This document shows, in pieces, positions 7,878 to 13,877 of a DNA stretch of 40,452 nucleotides. This DNA is from an uncultured bacterium (GTDB lineage Bacteria; Patescibacteriota; Minisyncoccia; Minisyncoccales; CAZLLZ01). The notes below the pieces were generated by a model. It had not been told where the DNA came from and searched no databases. It saw nothing but the letters and a program-made list of their open reading frames with translations. Where the stretch lies: assembly GCA_965552115.1 (NCBI GenBank), contig CBEVQU010000001.1:1-40452 (forward strand). Reading direction: 5' to 3'. A program made the position numbers and the translations under genes. The stretch's first letter is position 1. Every line of letters starts with the position of its first letter.

Positions 7878-7949
7878 AGGCCGGGAGGGGATTTGCACCC
7901 CTGTAAAACGGTTTTGCAGACCGTTCCCTAGCTTCTCGGGCACCCGGCC
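7878..7949 (-). tRNA. tRNA-Cys, anticodon GCA (atypical D- and T-loops)
   Basis: Acceptor GGCCGGG/CCCGGCC, U73 (Cys identity), anticodon stem ACGGT/ACCGT, loop CTGCAAA. T-arm AGGGG-TGCAAAT-CCCCT has G where U55 is expected. The D-loop lacks the GG pair. Confidence 0.8.
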
Positions 7950-7981
7950 TTCTTTTTAATTTACTAAATTTTTATTTTTTT

Positions 7982-9415
7982 TCAATAAAAAATCAAGATA
8001 TCTCCTTCTCTGGCTTCTTTTCCCTTAATTAAAAGTCCACACTCTTTTCCTTTCTCTACTTTATCTACATCTTTTTTGTCTTTTTGAAGATTTAAAACTA
8101 CTCCTTCTCCTATTTCTTTATCTTCTCTTAAAATTTTAAAACTATTTCCTTTCTTTACTTCGCCTTCCATTACTTTTCCTCCTATAATTTCTCTTTCTTT
8201 TTCTTTTCTAAAAACAACTAAAACTTTCAATCTTCCTTTTTCTTCTTTAGTAAAAGCTCTCTCCTTTTTCTCTAACATCTCTCTTGCTTTTTCTATCAAT
8301 TCATATATCACTTCAAATTCCATAATTTTCACTCTTTTTTCTAAAGCTAATTCTTTAATTTTCTTTGATACTTTTACTCTGAAAGCGAAAATAAAAGCTC
8401 CTGTTTCTTCAGCTAAAATGACATCATTTTCTGTAACTTCCCCTACCCTGCTTTCCAATATTTTAAAGAAAGCTTCTTTTTGAGGTATTTCTCTTAAAGA
8501 AGATTCTATTGCTTCCAAAGATCCTAAAACATCTCCTTTTAATATTAAATTAATAGGTTTTCCTTCTTTCTTTTGAGGAATTTTTTCTTTTGTTTCTTCA
8601 ATTTTGATATTTTCTTTTGCTTCTTCTAACGTATTGAAAACTTTAAACTTTTCTCCTATTAAAGGAACTTTCTCAAAACCTAAAACTAAAGCAGGAGAAG
8701 AAGGAAAGACCTTTTCCATTCTCTCTCCTTGGAAATTTTCTAAACTTTTTACTTTTCCAAAAGTAGAAAAAGTCCCTATTATATCTCCTATTTTTAAAAT
8801 TCCTTTTTTAGGAATTAAAGTAGCTAAAGGCCCTCTTTTAGAATCCAAAAAAGCTTCTATAACTTCTCCTTCAGCTTTCCCTTCCAAAGAAGTTTCTAAA
8901 TTTATCATTTCAGCTACCAACAAAATCAACTCTAATAAATCTGTTATTCCCTTTTTTGTTTTAGCTGAGACTTTAACAAAAGGAACATCTCCTCCCATTT
9001 CTTCTAATAGCACTCCTACTTGAGAAAGCTCTCTTTTCACTCTTTCTGGATCTGCTGTCGGTTTATCAATTTTATTTGCTGCCACAATAAAAGGGAGATT
9101 ATATTCTTTAATATGAGAAATAGCTTCTTTTGTTTGCTCTTTTACTCCTTCATCTGCCGCTATCACTAAAATTGCAATATCTGCTATTTTAGCTCCTCTA
9201 CTTCTCATTGCTGAAAAAGCCTCGTGTCCTGGCGTATCTATAAAAGTTATCTTTTTTCCTTCATGTTCAATCTCATAAGCTCCAATATGTTGAGTAATTC
9301 CCCCCGCTTCTTTCTCTATAATTTTAATATCTTTAATAGCCTCTAAAATGGAACTTTTACCATGATCTACATGGCCTAAAATAACAACTATTGGTGGTCT
9401 TTTTATTTTTTTCAT
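7982..9415 (-). CDS. infB: translation initiation factor IF-2, short form starting at the G domain
   Basis: G1 GHVDHGKSS, G3 DTPGHEAF, G4 ANKID, C-terminal beta-barrel domains; 477 aa. ATG lies 4 nt after tRNA-Ser. Confidence 0.9.
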   Translation of the reverse strand: MKKIKRPPIVVILGHVDHGKSSILEAIKDIKIIEKEAGGITQHIGAYEIEHEGKKITFIDTPGHEAFSAMRSRGAKIADIAILVIAADEGVKEQTKEAISHIKEYNLPFIVAANKIDKPTADPERVKRELSQVGVLLEEMGGDVPFVKVSAKTKKGITDLLELILLVAEMINLETSLEGKAEGEVIEAFLDSKRGPLATLIPKKGILKIGDIIGTFSTFGKVKSLENFQGERMEKVFPSSPALVLGFEKVPLIGEKFKVFNTLEEAKENIKIEETKEKIPQKKEGKPINLILKGDVLGSLEAIESSLREIPQKEAFFKILESRVGEVTENDVILAEETGAFIFAFRVKVSKKIKELALEKRVKIMEFEVIYELIEKAREMLEKKERAFTKEEKGRLKVLVVFRKEKEREIIGGKVMEGEVKKGNSFKILREDKEIGEGVVLNLQKDKKDVDKVEKGKECGLLIKGKEAREGDILIFY

Positions 9416-9419
9416 TTTG

Positions 9420-9502
9420 CGGTGGGGGTGGGAGTCGAACCCACAATCCCTAAAAGGAAACTGGTTTTCGAGACCAGCGCCTTACCATTCGGCCACCCCA
9501 CC
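9420..9502 (-). tRNA. tRNA-Ser, anticodon CGA (long variable arm)
   Basis: Acceptor GGTGGGG/CCCCACC, G73, anticodon stem CTGGT/ACCAG, loop CTCGAAA, T-arm GTGGG-TTCGACT-CCCAC. Confidence 0.85.
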
Positions 9503-9514
9503 TCTCGATAATTA

Positions 9515-9543
9515 AAAATAACACCAAAACTTTCAAAAATCAA
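9515..9543 (-). promoter_or_regulatory. candidate promoter (TTGATT-N17-TATTTT) for tRNA-Ser/infB
   Basis: Minus-strand hexamers at 9543..9538 and 9520..9515. 12 nt to tRNA +1 at 9502. Confidence 0.35.
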
Positions 9544-9550
9544 ATTAATT

Positions 9551-9580
9551 CAAAAGCTCTAGTTTTAACTAGAGCTTTTG
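9551..9580 (-). terminator. perfect 13-bp palindromic hairpin directly after tRNA-Ala(GGC)
   Basis: CAAAAGCTCTAGT-TTTA-ACTAGAGCTTTTG. On the minus strand it is followed by AATTAATTTGATTTTTG. Confidence 0.45.
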
Positions 9581-9653
9581 TGGACCTGGCCGGATTTGAA
9601 CCGGCGACCTCCTCGATGCCGACGAGGCGCTCTACCAACTGAGCTACAGGCCC
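9581..9653 (-). tRNA. tRNA-Ala, anticodon GGC (loop TCGGCAT, C at position 33)
   Basis: Acceptor GGGCCTG/CAGGTCC with G3:U70 (Ala identity), A73, anticodon stem CCTCG/CGAGG, T-arm GCCGG-TTCAAAT-CCGGC. Confidence 0.8.
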
Positions 9654-10024
9654 CTTTTACTTAATATTTTATACCATTTTTTCATCCAATAAATATGTTT
9701 TTTATGCAATTTTCTGTCCCAATATATATCTTGAAAAATCAATCCTCCTAAAAATCCGTAAAAAATAATAGGTATTCTGGAATAAATACCTGAAAGAAAA
9801 AAAGAAAGCAATATCAAGAGAGAAATAAACCAATGATGGAAATGAATCTCCCAATTTCTAATATAGAGAATAATTGGTTTTAATTTAGATTTTCCTTCGT
9901 ATATTCTTTTAATAAAAAATTTTCCTAAAGAATAACCTATTCCAAAACCTAAAGTAAACAAAAGAGAAATCAAAGAAGAAAGTCCTAAAAAACAAATTGG
10001 AGCAATTTTTTTTATTTTTTTCAT
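9644..10024 (-). CDS. polytopic membrane protein, unknown function (HFHHW motif)
   Basis: 126 aa from ATG 10024, with 3-4 hydrophobic helices. The ORF-track extension to 10057 reads into tRNA-Arg. The stop TAG is nucleotides 8-10 of tRNA-Ala(GGC). Confidence 0.55.
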   Translation of the reverse strand: MKKIKKIAPICFLGLSSLISLLFTLGFGIGYSLGKFFIKRIYEGKSKLKPIILYIRNWEIHFHHWFISLLILLSFFLSGIYSRIPIIFYGFLGGLIFQDIYWDRKLHKKHIYWMKKWYKILSKRGL

Positions 10025-10030
10025 AATTTG

Positions 10031-10102
10031 TGCCCCTGGGAGGAATTGAACCTCCATCTGCAGCTTAGGAGGCCGCTGTTCTATCCATTGAACTACAGGG
10101 GC
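10031..10102 (-). tRNA. tRNA-Arg, anticodon CCU
   Basis: Acceptor GCCCCTG/CAGGGGC, A73, anticodon stem GCGGC/GCTGC, loop CTCCTAA, T-arm GGAGG-TTCAATT-CCTCC. Confidence 0.9.
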
Positions 10103-10116
10103 TCTAATTCCTTTTT

Positions 10117-10145
10117 ATTTTATCAAATTCTTTTCTTGCTGACAA
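10117..10145 (-). promoter_or_regulatory. sigma70-like promoter (TTGTCA-N17-TAAAAT) for tRNA-Arg(CCU) and downstream genes
   Basis: -35 at 10145..10140, -10 at 10122..10117. 14 nt to tRNA +1. Confidence 0.5.
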
Positions 10146-10164
10146 AAATTTTAATTGTTAAAAT
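10136..10164 (+). promoter_or_regulatory. sigma70-like promoter (TTGCTG-N17-TAAAAT) for htrA
   Basis: -35 at 10136-10141 overlaps the divergent -35 by 2 bp; -10 at 10159-10164. Only 8 nt to ATG 10173. Confidence 0.5.
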
Positions 10165-10172
10165 ATCAAAAC

Positions 10173-11171
10173 ATGAAAAGTAACTCCAAAATTGTGAAAA
10201 TTATCAAAAAAGTCCTCCCAGCAGTTGTTACTATTACTGTCTCTAAAAAATTAAATCCTCTTTCTCCTCAAGTAAATCAAGATTTTTATTTCCCTACTTT
10301 TGAAAAGGAAGGGAAATATAAAATAGGAGGAGGTTCAGGATTTATTGTAAGAAAAAATGGAATTATTTTAACAAATAGACATGTGTTAAGTGAAGAAGGG
10401 GCAGAATATACTGTCATTCTAGAAAAAGGAAGAAAATATAAAGGGAAAATTATCGCTAAAGATTTAATAAATGACATTGCTATTTTAAAAATAAATGAAG
10501 GAAATCTTCCTGTTCTCAAATTAGGGGATTCCTCAAAGCTCGAATTAGGAGAAACAGTGATAGCAGTAGGAAACAGTCTTGGGCTTTTTAAAAATACAGT
10601 CTCTGTTGGAGTTGTTTCTGGACTAAGTAGAGAAATAACTGCTATTTCAAAAAAAGAAAGTTTGACTCTAAGAGGACTAATTCAAACAGACGCAGCTATA
10701 AATCCTGGAAACTCAGGGGGGCCATTAGTTAATTTAAAAGGGGAAGTAATTGGAATAAATTGTGCTATGGTTTTAGGAGCAGAAAATATAGGCTTTGCTT
10801 TACCAATTAACCCAGCTAAAAAGGATTTAGAAGATTTAGAAAAATACGGAAGAATAAGAAAGCCTTTTTTAGGGATAAGATACATTTTAATTGATAAAAC
10901 TCTCCAGCAAAAATTAAAACTTCCTGTAAATAGAGGTGCTTTGATTATTCCGGGATTAAAAGGGGAGGGGGTTTTACCTAACAGTCCTGGAGAAAAAGCA
11001 GGATTGAAAGAAGGAGATATTATCTTAGAAATCGAAAATAAAAAAATCTCAAAAGAGAATGATTTAATAGATCTAATTCAAACTTTTCAAATTGGAAAGG
11101 AGTTAGAAATGAAGATCTTAAGAAAAGGAAAAGAGAAACTCCTTAAGATTGTCTTAACAGAGAAAAAATAA
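10173..11171 (+). CDS. htrA: HtrA/DegP-family serine protease with one PDZ domain
   Basis: Triad motifs TNRHV, NDIAILK and GNSGGPL; PDZ (GLKEGDIILEIENKKI). ATG 10173 is preferred over ORF-track TTG 10155, which lies inside the promoter spacer and -10. Confidence 0.85.
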   Translation: MKSNSKIVKIIKKVLPAVVTITVSKKLNPLSPQVNQDFYFPTFEKEGKYKIGGGSGFIVRKNGIILTNRHVLSEEGAEYTVILEKGRKYKGKIIAKDLINDIAILKINEGNLPVLKLGDSSKLELGETVIAVGNSLGLFKNTVSVGVVSGLSREITAISKKESLTLRGLIQTDAAINPGNSGGPLVNLKGEVIGINCAMVLGAENIGFALPINPAKKDLEDLEKYGRIRKPFLGIRYILIDKTLQQKLKLPVNRGALIIPGLKGEGVLPNSPGEKAGLKEGDIILEIENKKISKENDLIDLIQTFQIGKELEMKILRKGKEKLLKIVLTEKK

Positions 11172-11175
11172 AGAG

Positions 11176-11248
11176 GGTGGCTAGAGGGATTCGAACCCTC
11201 ACTGGGAGTTCCACAGACTCCCGTGCTAACCATTACACTATAGCCACC
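11176..11248 (-). tRNA. tRNA-His, anticodon GUG, with encoded G-1
   Basis: Extra 5' G pairs with C73, acceptor GTGGCTA/TAGCCAC, anticodon stem GGAGT/ACTCC, loop CTGTGGA, T-arm GAGGG-TTCGAAT-CCCTC. Confidence 0.9.
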
Positions 11249-11249
11249 A

Positions 11250-11322
11250 TGCCCTCGCCAGGACTCGAACCTGGATTTCAGGCTTAGAAGGCCCGTGTTC
11301 TATCCAGTTGAACTACGAGGGC
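11250..11322 (-). tRNA. tRNA-Arg, anticodon UCU
   Basis: Acceptor GCCCTCG/CGAGGGC, A73, anticodon stem CGGGC/GCCTG, loop CTTCTAA, T-arm CCAGG-TTCGAGT-CCTGG. Confidence 0.9.
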
Positions 11323-11331
11323 TTCTTTTAT

Positions 11332-11359
11332 ATTTTAGAGAAAAATTCTTTTTCGTCAA
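11332..11359 (-). promoter_or_regulatory. sigma70-like promoter (TTGACG-N16-TAAAAT) for tRNA-Arg(UCU)/tRNA-His
   Basis: -35 at 11359..11354 overlaps the stop codon of the 87-aa ORF; -10 at 11337..11332. 9 nt to tRNA +1. Confidence 0.5.
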
Positions 11360-11619
11360 TAATTAAAAATATCCCTTATTCCTTTTTCTCCTTCTTCAAA
11401 TTCTATTTCTCTTTCTTTTATTTCATTTAAAACTTCGAGAAATTCTTTCTCATTAAAGTATAATTTTTTTCCTGAAATTTTTTTTCTTTCTACAAGAAGA
11501 TAAGAATTGTAAAACAAGAAAAGAGAGACGGAAAGAAAAAGAGAAAGAAGAATTAAAAAGATCAAAAAATACCTCTTTTCTAAAAATCTTAAAATTTTTT
11601 TAGGATTAATTTTTTTCAT
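11356..11619 (-). CDS. small single-pass membrane protein, last gene of the pilus operon
   Basis: 87 aa with one TM helix (YFLIFLILLSLFLSVSLFLF). ATGA overlap with the PilO-like gene. Confidence 0.5.
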   Translation of the reverse strand: MKKINPKKILRFLEKRYFLIFLILLSLFLSVSLFLFYNSYLLVERKKISGKKLYFNEKEFLEVLNEIKEREIEFEEGEKGIRDIFNY

Positions 11620-12155
11620 TTTATTGGAATTTCTACTAAAAGATTAGCTTTCACTTCTCCTATTTTTGCTCCCTCTTCTTTTTTTACGCTTTCCTCTTCC
11701 AATCTAGTAAGAGTAGCATTCTTCAACTCTACCAAATAAGGGCCTTTTTCTAATTTTGTAAGAAAATTAAATAAATTAGGGAAAGGAGAGACAACAGAAA
11801 GATTAAAAATAAAATAGGATTTTTCTTTCTCCTCTTTTAAAGAGGAACTTTTAATTTCTAATTTCACTTTACTTTGCAAAGCAATATTTTCTAAAAATTT
11901 TACAAAAGAAAGCAAATCTTCAGAAGAAACGAAAGAATTTTCTATTTTTAAAAGATCAGGTAAGATTTTATCATAAGTGGATTTGAAATCTACAAGGAAT
12001 TTCTCTTTTTCTTCTAAAGAAAACCTTTTTTCCTTTAAAGAAAGAATTTCATCTTTTCCTTGCTCAATTTCTTTTAAAGAAAAGAAAATAAGAAAGATTA
12101 AAATTCCATAAAAAATGATAAATATAAAGTTTTTTTTCTCTATTTTTTTAATCAT
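11616..12155 (-). CDS. pilO: PilO-like type IV pilus alignment protein
   Basis: N-terminal TM helix, coiled coil, then a small alpha/beta domain. Positioned after pilM-pilN and overlaps both neighbours. Confidence 0.55.
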   Translation of the reverse strand: MIKKIEKKNFIFIIFYGILIFLIFFSLKEIEQGKDEILSLKEKRFSLEEKEKFLVDFKSTYDKILPDLLKIENSFVSSEDLLSFVKFLENIALQSKVKLEIKSSSLKEEKEKSYFIFNLSVVSPFPNLFNFLTKLEKGPYLVELKNATLTRLEEESVKKEEGAKIGEVKANLLVEIPIK

Positions 12156-12699
12156 TTGGCCAAATTTGAAAAGAAAGTCTAAATTCTATATTTTCTGGAA
12201 CTATCCAATTAGAAGGAGGGAAATTTAAATCTTGGAAATTTTTCTCAAGATTCTTTTTAAATTCAAAGAGAGAAATTCTATCTTCTGAAACTCCAGAGAG
12301 AGAAACTAAGTAATAATACTTTTTCTTTTTACTCTCAAAAGTTCTATTAAAAGAAACGTTTTTTAAATAAATTTTCTCAGGAAGAAGAGTTGAAATTTCC
12401 CCAAGAATATCACAAAAATAAACTTTTTTCTCTAAGGACTTTTTTAGTTTTAAAATATTTTTATTCCCTTCTTGAATCTCCTTTTCTATCTCTTTAAGAT
12501 TTGAAAGGTTTTTTTCTGTGTTTTCAACAATAATCCTTAACGAATTAACTTCACCTGAAATAGTAATTTTAACACTTATTAAAGAAAGCAAAAAAGAAAG
12601 TAAAGAAAGTAAAATCAAAAAATTCACGATTAAAGCTAACCTTTTTCTCTTTTCTTTTAAAAGTCTTTCTTTTTCTGATTTTGGTAAAAGATTGATCAT
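12148..12699 (-). CDS. pilN: PilN-like type IV pilus alignment protein
   Basis: N-terminal MINLLP motif, TM helix, coiled coil. 4-nt overlap with pilM. Confidence 0.65.
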   Translation of the reverse strand: MINLLPKSEKERLLKEKRKRLALIVNFLILLSLLSFLLSLISVKITISGEVNSLRIIVENTEKNLSNLKEIEKEIQEGNKNILKLKKSLEKKVYFCDILGEISTLLPEKIYLKNVSFNRTFESKKKKYYYLVSLSGVSEDRISLFEFKKNLEKNFQDLNFPPSNWIVPENIEFRLSFQIWPND

Positions 12700-13877
12700 A
12701 TAACTTCTCTTAAAGCTCTTTTTGCCAAACCGATAGCGGTAGTAAAAGAAAGAGATTCTTCTAAAGAAAAAGGAGGAGATATCTTTTCAGAAAAAATGTT
12801 TACCCACGGATTTCCTCGATAGACTTTCAAGTTTAATTTCTCTGAAAGATATTTCGGCAATCCTTTTAAATTAGCTCCTCCTCCAACTAAAATAACTTCT
12901 TCAATCTCTCTTTTTTTCACGGATAATTCAGATTCTCTATGAGAAGAATAAAATTCAATACACTTTTTAATTTCTTTTGTTAAATTTTCTAAAGGAGGCT
13001 GAAGAATTTCCAAAATTTTTTGGTTTTTTACTATTTCTTTCTCTAAAATATTATTACCTGTTTTTTCCTTTAAGTGAACTTTCTTAATGGGAGAAATTCC
13101 ATATTTTTTCTTCAATCTTTCTGCTTCTTTAAAAGAGATATTTAATTTCTGAGAGATAATTTTTGTCAAAAGAGCAGAAGAGAGAGAAGAAGTAGTAGAA
13201 GTAAATTTTATACTTTTGCCAGAAAAAATAACAAAGCTAGTTCTTGTTTCTCCAAAATCTATTATTAAGAGAGGCTTTTCGCTTCTCTCTTTTTTAACTA
13301 CTGCTCTTACTATTGCAAAAGACTCTACTTCTAAAGCTAAAGGAACTAAACCTGCCTTTTTGATCACCCTCGTGTAAGAATCCACAATCTTTTTTGGAAC
13401 AGCTACTATTAACACATCTAAATGATCCAACTTATCATCTAAAGGAGAGATAACTTCTGAATCTACATAAACTTCTTCTAAAGAAAGAGGGATATAATTT
13501 TCTGCTTCAAAAAAAGCTGCTTTTTTAGCTTCTTGAGGTTTCATCTTAGGAAGAGAAATTATTCTTAAGAAAGATTTTTCCTCTGGTAAAGAAACGACTA
13601 CATACTTTGTTTTTAATCTTTCTCCTTTCACTCCTAATAAAGCTTCTTTAATAGCCTGAGAAAGAATTTTTTCTTTTTTTATCTCTCCCTTTTCTATTAT
13701 TCCTTTCTCTAATTTCTTATGTAAATAAGACTTCACATATATTTTTTCTTTTTTTGTAAAAAGGCTCTTTTTTTCTTTAAACTCTAAAATTTTCAGAGAA
13801 AGATCTGAAATATCTAATCCAAAACCTTTCAATTTTGGAGAAAGAAACTCAATCATAATTAAGGAAGTTCTTGCCAA
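12696..13877 (-). CDS. pilM: PilM, actin-like ATPase of the type IV pilus
   Basis: Actin-fold phosphate motifs FGLDISDLSLKI, IIDFGETRTSFV and ILVGGGANLKGL. The ORF-track start is TTG 13877; ATG 13856 (MIEFLSPK..), 2 nt after the upstream stop, is at least as likely. Confidence 0.8.
   Translation of the reverse strand: MARTSLIMIEFLSPKLKGFGLDISDLSLKILEFKEKKSLFTKKEKIYVKSYLHKKLEKGIIEKGEIKKEKILSQAIKEALLGVKGERLKTKYVVVSLPEEKSFLRIISLPKMKPQEAKKAAFFEAENYIPLSLEEVYVDSEVISPLDDKLDHLDVLIVAVPKKIVDSYTRVIKKAGLVPLALEVESFAIVRAVVKKERSEKPLLIIDFGETRTSFVIFSGKSIKFTSTTSSLSSALLTKIISQKLNISFKEAERLKKKYGISPIKKVHLKEKTGNNILEKEIVKNQKILEILQPPLENLTKEIKKCIEFYSSHRESELSVKKREIEEVILVGGGANLKGLPKYLSEKLNLKVYRGNPWVNIFSEKISPPFSLEESLSFTTAIGLAKRALREVI

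Noticed and set aside
10025-10057. N-terminal extensions of ORFs 9644-10057 (MEVQFLPGAQI) and 29781-30266 (MVSQFDSGYPEEK, 30228-30266).
   Set aside because: Both extensions are read-through of tRNA-Arg(CCU) and tRNA-Pro(CGG) sequence. Internal ATGs at 10024 and 30227 lie just past the tRNA 3' ends.
10155-10172. TTG start of the htrA ORF as given in the ORF track.
   Set aside because: The TTG lies within the spacer and -10 box of the TTGCTG-N17-TAAAAT promoter. ATG 10173 follows the -10 by 8 nt.
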